Part shown: positions 14,101-27,734 of the stretch, piece after piece
Numbering within the stretch: the stretch's first letter is position 1
Layout: each line of letters begins with the position of its first letter
Assembly: GCA_040954595.2 (NCBI GenBank)
Contig: CM082591.2
Coordinates: forward strand, 10,929,309-10,993,308
DNA: 64,000 bases
From: Balanoglossus misakiensis
Lineage: Eukaryota > Animalia > Hemichordata
Direction: 5' to 3'
Notes under the pieces: generated by a model
What the model was told of the DNA's origin: nothing
Databases searched by the model: none
What the model saw: the letters and a program-made list of their open reading frames with translations, nothing else
Program-made: the position numbers and the translations under genes

Positions 14101-17100
14101 CAAACGAGGCTGTGTTTCGAAGCAACCATGGAAACTTTAGAACTATCCGTCGATCTATAGAGTCCTGTGGAAAACTTTCTTATCGTCATAGGGCTATCAT
14201 GTGTTCTGCGCATCACAACAGAATTTTGTAAACAAACGAGGTTGTGTTCGGAAGCAACCATGGAAACTTTAGAACTATCCGTCGATCTACAGAGTCTAGT
14301 GGAAAACTTTCTTATGCGCATAGGCCTGTCATGTGTTCTGCGCATCACAACATATTTCCTTAAATAAACGAGGCTGTGTTTGGAAGCAACCATGGAAATT
14401 TTAGAACTATCCGTCGATCTACAGAGTCTAGTGGAAAACTTTCTTATCCTCATAGACCTATCATGTGTTCTGCGCATCACAACAGAATTTTGTAAACAAA
14501 CGAGGGTGTGTTTGGAAGCAACCATGGACACTTTAGAACTATCCGTCGATCGACAGTCTAGTGGAAAACTTTATTATGCGCATAGGCCTATCATGTTTTC
14601 TGCGCATCACAACAGAATTTTGTAAACAAACGAGGCTGTGTTTGGAAGCAACCATGGAAACTTTAGAACTATCCGTCGATCGACAGAGTCTAGTGGAAAA
14701 CTTTCTTATGCGCATAGACCTATCATTTGTTCTGCGCATCACAACAGAATTTTGTAAACAAACGTGGCCGTGTTTCGAAGCAACCATGGAAACTTTAGAA
14801 CTATCCGTCGATCTACAGAGTCTAGTGGAAAACTTTCTTATGCGCATAGACCTATCATGTGTTCTGCGCATCACAACAGAATTTAGTAAACAAACGAGGC
14901 CGTGTTTCGAAGCAACCATGGAAACTTTAGAACTATCCGTCGATCTACAGAGTCTAGTGGAAAACTTTCTTATGCGCATAGACCTATCATGTGTTCTGCG
15001 CATCACAACAGAATTTAGTAAACAAACGAGGCCGTGTTTCGAAGCAACCATGGAAACTTTAGAACTATCCGTCGATCTACAGAGTCTAGAGGCAAACTTT
15101 CTTATCCTCATAGGCCTATCATGTGTTCTGCGCATCACAACAGAATTTTGTAAACAAACGAGGCTGTGTTTGGAAGCAACCATGGAAACTTTAGAACTAT
15201 CCGTCGATCTACAGAGTCTAGTGGAAAACTTTCTTATGCGCATAGACCTATCATGTGTTCTGCGCATCACAACAGAATTTTGTAAACAAACGAGGCTGTG
15301 TTCGGAAGCAACCATGGAAACTTTAGAACTATCCGTCGATCTACAGAGTCTAGTGGAAAACTTTCTTATGCGCATAGACCTATCATGTGTTCTGCGCATC
15401 ACAACAGAATTTTGTAAACAAACGAGGCTGTGTTTCGAAGCAACCATGGAAACTTTAGAACTATCCGTCGATCTATAGAGTCCTGTGGAAAACTTTCTTA
15501 TCGTCATAGGGCTATCATGTGTTCTGCGCATCACAACAGAATTTTGTAAACAAACGAGGTTGTGTTCGGAAGCAACCATGGAAACTTTAGAACTATCCGT
15601 CGATCTACAGAGTCTAGTGGAAAACTTTCTTATGCGCATAGGCCTGTCATGTGTTCTGCGCATCACAACATATTTCCTTAAATAAACGAGGCTGTGTTTG
15701 GAAGCAACCATGGAAATTTTAGAACTATCCGTCGATCTACAGAGTCTAGTGGAAAACTTTCTTATCCTCATAGACCTATCATGTGTTCTGCGCATCACAA
15801 CAGAATTTTGTAAACAAACGAGGGTGTGTTTGGAAGCAACCATGGACACTTTAGAACTATCCGTCGATCGACAGTCTAGTGGAAAACTTTATTATGCGCA
15901 TAGGCCTATCATGTTTTCTGCGCATCACAACAGAATTTTGTAAACAAACGAGGCTGTGTTTGGAAGCAACCATGGAAACTTTAGAACTATCCGTCGATCG
16001 ACAGAGTCTAGTGGAAAACTTTCTTATGCGCATAGACCTATCATTTGTTCTGCGCATCACAACAGAATTTTGTAAACAAACGTGGCCGTGTTTCGAAGCA
16101 ACCATGGAAACTTTAGAACTATCCGTCGATCTACAGAGTCTAGTGGAAAACTTTCTTATGCGCATAGACCTATCATGTGTTCTGCGCATCACAACAGAAT
16201 TTAGTAAACAAACGAGGCCGTGTTTCGAAGCAACCATGGAAACTTTAGAACTATCCGTCGATCTACAGAGTCTAGTGGAAAACTTTCTTATGCGCATAGA
16301 CCTATCATGTGTTCTGCGCATCACAACAGAATTTAGTAAACAAACGAGGCCGTGTTTCGAAGCAACCATGGAAACTTTAGAACTATCCGTCGATCTACAG
16401 AGTCTAGAGGCAAACTTTCTTATCCTCATAGGCCTATCATGTGTTCTGCGCATCACAACAGAATTTTGTAAACAAACGAGGCTGTGTTTGGAAGCAACCA
16501 TGGAAACTTTAGAACTATCCGTCGATCTACAGAGTCTAGTGGAAAACTTTCTTATGCGCATAGACCTATCATGTGTTCTGCGCATCACAACAGAATTTTG
16601 TAAACAAACGAGGCTGTGTTCGGAAGCAACCATGGAAACTTTAGAACTATCCGTCGATCTACAGAGTCTAGTGGAAAACTTTCTTATGCGCATAGACCTA
16701 TCATGTGTTCTGCGCATCACAACAGAATTTTGTAAACAAACGAGGCTGTGTTTCGAAGCAACCATGGAAACTTTAGAACTATCCGTCGATCTATAGAGTC
16801 CAGTGCAAAACTTTCTTATCGTCATAGGGCTATCATGTGTTCTGCGCATCACAACAGAATTTTGTAAACAAACGAGGCTGTGTTCGGAAGCAACCATGGA
16901 AACTTTAGAACTATCCGTCGATCTACAGAGTCTAGTGGAAAACTTTCTTATGCGCATAGGCCTATCATGTGTTCTGCGCATCACAACATATTTCCTTAAA
17001 TAAACGAGGCTGTGTTTGGAAGCAACCATGGAAATTTTAGAACTATCCGTCGATCTACAGAGTCTAGTGGAAAACTTTCTTATCCTCATAGACCTATCAT

Positions 17101-19570
17101 GTGTTCTGCGCATCACAACAGAATTTTGTAAACAAACGAGGGTGTGTTTGGAAGCAACCATGGAAACTTTAGAACTATCCGTCGATCGACAGTCTAGTGG
17201 AAAACTTTCTTATGCGCATAGGCCTATCATGTTTTCTGCGCATCACAACAGAATTTTGTAAACAAACGAGGCTGTGTTTGGAAGCAACCATGGAAACTTT
17301 AGAACTATCCGTCGATCGACAGAGTCTAGTGGAAAACTTTCTTATCGTCATAGGGCTATCATGTGTTCTGCGCATCACAACAGAATTTTGTAAACAAACG
17401 AGGTTGTGTTCGGAAGCAACCATGGAAACTTTAGAACTATCCGTCGATCTACAGAGTCTAGTGGAAAACTTTCTTATGCGCATAGGCCTGTCATGTGTTC
17501 TGCGCATCACAACATATTTCCTTAAATAAACGAGGCTGTGTTTGGAAGCAACCATGGAAATTTTAGAACTATCCGTCGATCTACAGAGTCTAGTGGAAAA
17601 CTTTCTTATCCTCATAGACCTATCATGTGTTCTGCGCATCACAACAGAATTTTGTAAACAAACGAGGGTGTGTTTGGAAGCAACCATGGACACTTTAGAA
17701 CTATCCGTCGATCGACAGTCTAGTGGAAAACTTTATTATGCGCATAGGCCTATCATGTTTTCTGCGCATCACAACAGAATTTTGTAAACAAACGAGGCTG
17801 TGTTTGGAAGCAACCATGGAAACTTTAGAACTATCCGTCGATCGACAGAGTCTAGTGGAAAACTTTCTTATGCGCATAGACCTATCATTTGTTCTGCGCA
17901 TCACAACAGAATTTTGTAAACAAACGTGGCCGTGTTTCGAAGCAACCATGGAAACTTTAGAACTATCCGTCGATCTACAGAGTCTAGTGGAAAACTTTCT
18001 TATGCGCATAGACCTATCATGTGTTCTGCGCATCACAACAGAATTTAGTAAACAAACGAGGCCGTGTTTCGAAGCAACCATGGAAACTTTAGAACTATCC
18101 GTCGATCTACAGAGTCTAGTGGAAAACTTTCTTATGCGCATAGACCTATCATGTGTTCTGCGCATCACAACAGAATTTAGTAAACAAACGAGGCCGTGTT
18201 TCGAAGCAACCATGGAAACTTTAGAACTATCCGTCGATCTACAGAGTCTAGAGGCAAACTTTCTTATCCTCATAGGCCTATCATGTGTTCTGCGCATCAC
18301 AACAGAATTTTGTAAACAAACGAGGCTGTGTTTGGAAGCAACCATGGAAACTTTAGAACTATCCGTCGATCTACAGAGTCTAGTGGAAAACTTTCTTATG
18401 CGCATAGACCTATCATGTGTTCTGCGCATCACAACAGAATTTTGTAAACAAACGAGGCTGTGTTCGGAAGCAACCATGGAAACTTTAGAACTATCCGTCG
18501 ATCTACAGAGTCTAGTGGAAAACTTTCTTATGCGCATAGACCTATCATGTGTTCTGCGCATCACAACAGAATTTTGTAAACAAACGAGGCTGTGTTTCGA
18601 AGCAACCATGGAAACTTTAGAACTATCCGTCGATCTATAGAGTCCAGTGCAAAACTTTCTTATCGTCATAGGGCTATCATGTGTTCTGCGCATCACAACA
18701 GAATTTTGTAAACAAACGAGGGTGTGTTTGGAAGCAACCATGGAAACTTTAGAACTATCCGTCGATCGACAGTCTAGTGGAAAACTTTATTATGCGCATA
18801 GGCCTATCATGTTTTCTGCGCATCACAACAGAATTTTGTAAACAAACGAGGCTGTGTTTGGAAGCAACCATGGAAACTTTAGAACTATCCGTCGATCGAC
18901 AGAGTCTAGTGGAAAACTTTCTTATGCGCATAGACCTATCATTTGTTCTGCGCATCACAACAGAATTTTGTAAACAAACGAGGCCGTGTTTCGAAGCAAC
19001 CATGGAAACTTTAGAACTATCCGTCGATCTACAGAGTCTAGTGGAAAACTTTCTTATGCGCATAGACCTATCATGTGTTCTGCGCATCACAACAGAATTG
19101 TGTAAACAAACGAGGCCGTGTTTCGAAGCAACCATGGAAACTTTAGAACTATCCGTCGATCTACAGAGTCTAGAGGCAAACTTTCTTATCCTCATAGGCC
19201 TATCATGTGTTCTGCGCATCACAACAGAATTTTGTAAACAAACGAGGCTGTGTTTGGAAGCAACCATGGAAACTTTAGAACTATCCGTCGATCTACAGAG
19301 TCTAGTGGAAAACTTTCTTATGCGCATAGACCTATCATGTGTTCTGCGCATCACAACATATTTCCTTAAATAAACGAGCCTGTGTTTGGAAGCAACCATG
19401 GAAATTTTAGAACTATCCGTCGATCTACAGAGTCTAGTGGAAAACTTTCTTATCCTCATAGACCTATCATGTGTTCTGCGCATCACAACAGAATTTTGTA
19501 AACAAACGAGGGTGTGTTTGGAAGCAACCATGGAAACTTTAGAACTGTCCGTCGATCGACAGTCTAGTGG
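2161..19570. repeat. Satellite domain A: irregular higher-order repeat marked by a 130-bp monomer (2-bp deletion, GATCGACAGTCTAG)
   Basis: The 2-bp deletion monomer occurs 14 times (following GTG at 2171, 3093, 4278, 4936, 5726, 6912, 11265, 13375, 14561, 15879, 17197, 17723, 18777, 19567). Spacings equal 4-33 monomers minus small indels, e.g. 922, 1186, 1318, 1318. Confidence 0.9.
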
Positions 19571-22500
19571 AAAACTTTCTTATGCGCATAGACCTATCAT
19601 TTGTTCTGCGCATCACAACAGAATTTTGTAAACAAACGAGGCTGTGTTTGGAAGCAACCATGGAAACTTTAGAACTATCCGTCGATCGACAGAGTCTAGT
19701 GGAAAACTTTCTTATGCGCATAGACCTATCATGTGTTCTGCGCATCACAACAGAATTTTGTAAACAAACGAGGCTATGTTTGGAAGCAACCATGGAAACT
19801 TTACAACTATCCGTCGATCGACAGCGTCTAGTGGAAAACTTTCTGATGCGCATAGACCTATCATGTGTTCTGCGCATCACAACATATTTCCTTAAATAAA
19901 CGAGGCTGTGTTCGGAAGAAACCATGGAAACTTTAGAACTATCCGTCGATCTACAGAGTCTAGTGGAAAACTTTCTTATGCGCATAGGCCTATCATGTGT
20001 TCTGCGCATCACAACATATTTCCTTAAATAAACGAGGCTGTGTTTGGAAGCAACCATGGAAATTTTAGAACTATCCGTCGATCTACAGAGTCTAGTGGAA
20101 AACTTTCTTATCCTCATAGACCTATCATGTGTTCTGCGCATCACAACAGAATTTTGTAAACAAACGAGGGTGTGTTTGGAAGCAACCATAGAAACTTTAG
20201 AACTATCCGTCGATCGACAGAGTCTAGTGGAAAACTTTCTTATGCGCATAGACCTATCATTTGTTCTGCGCATCACAACAGAATTTTGTAAACAAACGAG
20301 GCTGTGTTTGGAAGCAACCGTGGAAACTTTACAACTATCCGTCGATCTACAGAGTCTAGTGGAAAACTTTCTTATGCGCATAGACCTATCATGTGTTCTG
20401 CGCATCACGACATATTTCCTTAAATAAACGAGGCTGTGTTTGGAAGCAACCATGGAAATTTTAGAACTATCCGTCGATCTACAGAGTCTAGTGGAAAACT
20501 TTCTTATCCTCATAGACCTATCATGTGTTCTGCGCATCACAACAGAATTTTGTAAACAAACGAGGGTGTGTTTGGAAGCAACCATGGAAACTTTAGAACT
20601 ATCCGTCGATCGACAGAGTCTAGTGGAAAACTTTCTTATGCGCATAGACCTATCATTTGTTCTGCGCATCACAACAGAATTTTGTAAACAAACGAGGCTG
20701 TGTTTGGAAGCAACCGTGGAAACTTTACAACTATCCGTCGATCTACAGAGTCTAGTGGAAAACTTTCTTATGCGCATAGACCTATCATGTGTTCTGCGCA
20801 TCACGACATATTTCCTTAAATAAACGAGGCTTTGTTTGGAAGCAACCATGGAAATTTTAGAACTATCCGTCGATCTACAGAGTCTAGTGGAAACCTTCTT
20901 ATGTGCATAGGTCTATCATGTGTTCTGCGCATCACAACATAATTTTGAAAACAATCGAGGCTGTGTTTGGAAGCAACCATGGAAACTTTAGAACTATCCG
21001 TCGATCCACAGAGTCTAGTGGAAAACTTGCTTATGCGCATAGGCCTATCATGTTTTCTGCGCATCACAACAGAATTTTGTAAACAAACGAGGCTGTGTTT
21101 GGAAGCAACCATGGAAACTTTAGAACTATCCGTCAATCGACAGAGTCTAGTGGAAAACTTTCTTATGCGCATAGACCTATCATTTGTTCTGCGCGTCACA
21201 ACAGAATTTTGTAAACAAACGAGGCCGTGTTTCGAAGCAACCATGGAAACTTTAGAACTATCCTCATAGGCCTATCATGAGTTCTGCGCATCACAACAGA
21301 ATTTTGTAAACAAACGAGGCTGTGTTTGGAAGCAACCATGGAAACTTTAGAACTATCCGTCGATCTACAGAGTCTAGTGGAAAACTTTCTTATGCGCATA
21401 GAACTATCATGTGTTCTGCGCATCACAACAGAATTTTGTAAACAAACGAGGCTGTGTTTCGAAGCAACCATGGAAACTTTAGAATTATCCGTCGATCTAT
21501 AGAGTCCAGTGGAAAACTTTCTTATCGTCATAGGGCTATCATGTGTTCTGCGCATCACAACAGAATTTTGTAAACAAACGAGGCTGTGTTCGGAAGCAAC
21601 CATGGAAACTTTAGAACTATCCGTCGATCTACAGAGTCTAGTGGAAAACTTTCTTATGCGCATAGGCCTATCATGTGTTCTGCGCATCACAACATATTTC
21701 CTTAAATAAACGAGGCTGTGTTTGGAAGCAACCATGGAAATTTTAGAACTATCCGTCGATCTACAGAGTCTAGTGGAAAACTTTCTTATGTGCATATGTC
21801 TATCATGTGTTCTACGCATCACAACATAATTTTGAAAACAATCGAGGCTGTGTTTGGAAGCAACCATGGAAACTTTAGAACTATCCGTCGATCCACAGAG
21901 TCTAGTCGAAAACTTTCTTATGCGCATAGGCCTATCATGTTTTCTGCGCATCACAACAGAATTTTGTAAACAAACGAGGCTGTGTTTGGAAGCAACCATG
22001 GAAACTTTACAACTATCCGTCGATATACAGAGTCTAGTGGAAAACTTTCTTATGCGCATAGACCTATCATGTGTTCTGCGCATCACAACAGAATTTTGTA
22101 AACAAACGAGGCCGTGTTTCGAAGCAACCATGGAAACTTTAGAACTATCCGTCGATCTACAGAGTCTAGAGGCAAACTTTCTTATCCTCATAGGCCTATC
22201 ATGTGTTCTGCGCATCACAACAGAATTTTGTAAACAAACGAGGCTGTGTTTGGAAGCAACAATGGAAACTTTAGAACTATCCGTCGATCTACAGAGTCTA
22301 GTGGAAAACTTTCTTATGCGCATAGGCCTATCATGTGTTCTGCGCATCACAACATATTTCCTTAAATAAACGAGGCTGTGTTTGGAAGCAACCATGGAAA
22401 TTTTAGAACTATCCGTCGATCTACAGAGTCTAGTGGAAAACTTTCTTATGTGCATAGGTCTATCATGTGTTCTGCGCATCACAACATAATTTTGAAAACA

Positions 22501-25500
22501 ATCGAGGCTGTGTTTGGAAGCAACCATGGAAACTTTAGAACTATCCGTCGATCCACAGAGTCTAGTGGAAAACTTTCTTATGCGCATAGGCCTATCATAT
22601 TTTCTGCGCATCACAACAGAATTTTGTAAACAAACGAGGCTGTGTTTGGAAGCAACCATGGAAACTTTAGAACTATCCGTCGATCGACAGAGTCTAGTGG
22701 AAAACTTTCTTATCCTCATAGACCTATCATGTGTTCTGCGCATCACAACAGAATTTTGTAAACAAACGAGGCTGTGTTTGGAAGCAACCATGGAAACTTT
22801 AGAACTATCCGTCGATCTACAGAGTCTAGTGGAAAACTTTCTTATGTGCATAGGTCTATCATGTGTTCTGCGCATCACAACATAATTTTGAAAACAATCG
22901 AGGCTGTGTTTGGAAGCAACCATGGAAACTTTAGAACTATCCGTCGATCCACAGAGTCTAGTGGAAAACTTTCTTATGCGCATAGGCCTATCATGTTTTC
23001 TGCGCATCACAACAGAATTTTGTAAACAAACGAGGCTGTGTTTGGAAGCAACCATGGAAACTTTAGAACTATCCGTCGATCGACAGAGTCTAGTGGAAAA
23101 CTTTCTTATCCTCATAGACCTATCATATGTTCTGCGCATCACAACAGAATTTTGTAAACAAACGAGGCTGTGTTTGGAAGCAACCATGGAAACTTTACAA
23201 CTATCCGTCGATCTACAGAGTCTAGTGGAAAACTTTCTTATGCGCATAGACCTATCATGTGTTCTGCGCATCACAACAGAATTTTGTAAACAAACGAGGC
23301 CGTGTTTCGAAGCAACCATGGAAACTTTAGAACTATCCGTCGATCTACAGAGTCTAGAGGCAAACTTTCTTATCCTCATAGGCCTATCATGTGTTCTGCG
23401 CATCACAACAGAATTTTGTAAACAAACGAGGCTGTGTTTGGAAGAAACCATGGAAACTTTAGAACTATCCGTCGATCTACAGAGTCTAGTGGAAAACTTT
23501 CTTATGCGCATAGGCCTATCATGTGTTCTGCGCATCACAACATATTTCCTTAAATAAACGAGGCTGTGTTTGGAAGCAACCATGGAAATTTTAGAACTAT
23601 CCGTCGATCTACAGAGTCTAGTGGAAAACTTTCTTATGTGCATAGGTCTATCATGTGTTCTGCGCATCGCAACATAATTTTGAAAACAATCGAGGCTGTG
23701 TTTGGAAGCAACCATGGAAACTTTAGAACTATCCGTCGATCCACAGAGTCTAGTGGAAAACTTTCTTATGCGCATAGGCCTATCATGTTTTCTGCGCATC
23801 ACAACAGAATTTTGTAAACAAACGAGGCTGTGTTTGGAAGCAACCATGGAAACTTTAGAACTATCCGTCGATCGACAGAGTCTAGTGGAAAACTTTCTTA
23901 TCCTCATAGACCTATCATGTGTTCTGCGCATCACAACAGAATTTTGTAAACAAACGAGGCTGTGTTTGGAAGCAACCATGGAAACTTTACAACTATCCGT
24001 CGATCTACAGAGTCTAGTGGAAAACTTTCTTATGCGCATAGACCTATCATGTGTTCTTCGCATCACAACAGAATTTTGTAAACCAACGAGGCCGTGTTTC
24101 GAAGCAACCATGGAAACTTTAGAACTATCCGTCGATCTACAGAGTCTAGAGGCAAACTTTCTTATCCTCATAGGCCTATCATGTGTTCTGCGCATCACAA
24201 CAGAATTTTGTAAACAAACGAGGCTGTGTTTGGAAGAAACCATGGAAACTTTAGAACTATCCGTCGATCTACAGAGTCTAGTGGAAAACTTTCTTATGCG
24301 CATAGACCTATCATGTGTTCTGCGCATCACAACAGAATTTTGTAAACAAACGAGGCTGTGTTTGGAAGCAACCATGGAAACTTTAGAACTATCAGTCGAT
24401 CTATAGAGTCCAGTGGAAAACTTTCTTATCGTCATAGGGCTATCATGTGTTCTGCGCATCACAACAGAATTTTGTAAACAAACGAGGCTGTGTTTGGAAG
24501 CAACAATGGAAACTTTAGAACTATCCGTCGATCCACAGAGTCTAGTGGAAAACTTTCTTATGCGCATAGGCCTATCATGTTTTCTGCGCATCACAACAGA
24601 ATTTTGTAAACAAACGAGGCTGTTTTTGGAAGCAACCATGGAAACTTTAGAACTATCCGTCGATCGACAGAGTCTAGTGGAAAACTTTCTTATCCTCATA
24701 GACCTATCATGTGTTCTGCGCATCACAACAGAATTTTGTAAACAAACGAGGCTGTGTTTGGAAGCAACCATGGAAACTTTACAACTATCCGTCGATCGAC
24801 AGAGTCTAGAGGCAAACTTTCTTATCCTCATAGGCCTATCATGTGTTCTGCGCATCACAACAGAATTTTGTAAACAAACGAGGCTGTGTTTGGAAGCAAC
24901 CATGGAAACTTTACAACTATCCGTCGATCTATAGAGTCCAGTGGAAAACTTTCTTATCGTCATAGGGCTATCATGTGTTCTGCGCATCACAACAGAATTT
25001 TGTAAACAAACGAGGCTGTGTTTGGAAGCAACAATGGAAACTTTAGAACTATCCGTCGATCTACAGAGTCTAGTGGAAAACTTTCTTATGCGCATAGACC
25101 TATCATGTGTTCTGCGCATCACAACAGAATTTTGTAAACAAACGAGGCTGTGTTTCGAAGCAACCATGGAAACTTTAGAACTATCCGTCGATCTATAGAG
25201 TCCAGTGGAAAACTTTCTTATCGTCATAGGGCTATCATGTGTTCTGCGCATCACAACAGAATTTTGTAAACAAACGAGGCTGTGTTTGGAAGCAACCATG
25301 GAAACTTTAGAACTATCCGTCGATCTATAGAGTCCAGTGGAAAACTTTCTTATCGTCATAGGGCTATCATGTGTTCTGCGCATCACAACAGAATTTTGTA
25401 AACAAACGAGGCTGTGTTTGGAAGCAACAATGGAAACTTTAGAACTATCCGTCGATCTACAGAGTCTAGTGGAAAACTTTCTTATGCGCATAGACCTATC

Positions 25501-27734
25501 ATGTGTTCTGCGCATCACAACATAATTTTGTAAACAAACGAGGCTGTGTTTGGAAGCAACCATGGAAACTTTAGAACTATCCGTCGATCTACAGAGTCTA
25601 GAGGCAAACTTTCTTATCCTTATAGGCCTATCATGTGTTCTGCGCATCACAACAGAATTTTGTAAACAAACGAGGCTGTGTTTGGAAGAAACCATGGAAA
25701 CTTTAGAACTATCCGTCGATCTACAGAGTCTAGTGGAAAACTTTCTTATGCGCATAGACCTATCATGTGTTCTGCGCATCACAACAGAATTTTGTAAACA
25801 AACGAGGCTGTGTTTCGAAGCAACCATGGAAACTTTAGAACTATCCGTCGATCTATAGAGTCCAGTGGAAAACTTTCTTATCGTCATAGGGCTATCATGT
25901 GTTCTGCGCATCACAACAGAATTTTGTAAACAAACGAGGCTGTGTTTGGAAGCAACAATGGAAACTTTAGAACTATCCGTCGATCTACAGAGTCTAGTGG
26001 AAAACTTTCTTATGCGCATAGACCTATCATGTGTTCTGCGCATCACAACATAATTTTGTAAACAAACGAGGCTGTGTTTGGAAGCAACCATGGAAACTTT
26101 AGAACTCTCCGTCGATCTACAGAGTCTAGTGGAAAACTTTCTTATGCGCATAGACCTATCATGTGTTCTGCGCATCACAACAGAATTTTGTAAACAAACG
26201 AGGCTGTGTTTGGAAGCAACCATGGAAACTTTATAACTATCCGTCGATCTACAGAGTCTAGTGGAAAACTTTCTTATCCTCATAGGCCTATCATGTGTTC
26301 TGCGCATCACAACAGAATTTTGTAAACAAACGAGGCTGTGTTCGGAAGCAACCATGGAAACTTTAGAACTATCCGTCGATCTACAGAGTCTAGTGGAAAA
26401 CTTTCTTATGCGCATAGGCCTATCATGTGTTCTGCGCATCACAACATATTTCCTTAAATAAACGAGGCTGTGTTTGGAAGCAACCATGGAAATTTTAGAA
26501 CTATCCGTCGATCTACCGAGTCTATCAGAAAACTTTCTCATGCGCATAGGTCTATCGTGTGTTCTGCGCATCACAACAGATTTCCTCAAATAAACGAGGC
26601 TGTGTTTGGAAGCAACCATGGAAATTTTAGAACTATCCGTCGATCTACAGAGTCTAGTGGAAAACTTTCTTATCCTCATAGACCTATCATGTGTTCTGCG
26701 CATCACAACAGAATTTTGTAAACAAACGAGGCTGTGTTTGGAAGCAACCATGGAAACTTTAGAACTATCCGTCGATCTACAGAGTCTAGTGGAAAACTTT
26801 CTTATGCGCATAGACCTATCATGTGTTCTGCGCATCACAACAGAATTTTGTAAACAAACGAGGCTGTGTTTGGAAGCAACCTTTTAGAACTATCCGTCAT
26901 CCGTCATGGACATTTTAGAACTATCCGTTGATCTACCGAGTCTATCAGAAAACTTTCTCATGCGCATAGGTCTATCGTGTGTTCTGCGCATCACAACAGA
27001 TTTCCTCAAATAAACGAGGCTGTGTTTGGAAGCAACCATGGACATTTTTGAACTATCCGTCGATCTACTGAGTCTAGTGGAAAACTTTCTTATGCGCATA
27101 GGCCTATCTATGTGTTCTGCGCATCACAACAGAATTCGGTAAATAAACGAGGGTGTGTTTGGAAGCAACCATGGAAACTTTAGAACTATCCGTCGATCTA
27201 CAGAGTCTAGTGGAAAACTTTCTTATGCGCATAGACCTATCATGTGTTCTGCGCATCACAACAGAATTTTGTAAACAAACGAGGCTGTGTTTGGAAGCAA
27301 CCATGGAAACTTTATAACTATCCGTCGATCTACAGAGTCTAGTGGACAACTTTCTTATCCTCATAGGCCTATCATGTGTTCTGCGCATCACAACAGAATT
27401 TTGTAAACAAACGAGGCTGTGTTCGGAAGCAACCATGGAAACTTTAGAACTATCCGTCGATCTACAGAGTCTAGTGGAAAACTTTCTTATGCGCATAGGC
27501 CTATCATGTGTTCTGCGCATCACAACATATTTCCTTAAATAAACGAGGCTGTGTTTGGAAGCAACCATGGAAATTTTAGAACTATCCGTCGATCTACAGA
27601 GTCTAGTGGAAAACTTTCTTATGCGCATAGGCCTATCATGTTTTCTGCGCATCACAACAGAATTTTGTAAACAAACGAGGCTGTGTTTGGAAGCAACCAT
27701 GGAAACTTTAGAACTATCCGTCGATCGACAGAGT

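Noticed and set aside
21196-26838. Giant minus-strand ORFs (1880 aa here; also 6890-10702 and 55881-63704) as real repeat-protein genes
   Set aside because: They are translations of a 132-bp (3x44) satellite. They start and stop at arbitrary indels or variants, have no unique N- or C-terminal domain, show mostly non-synonymous variation, and overlap equally repetitive plus-strand ORFs.
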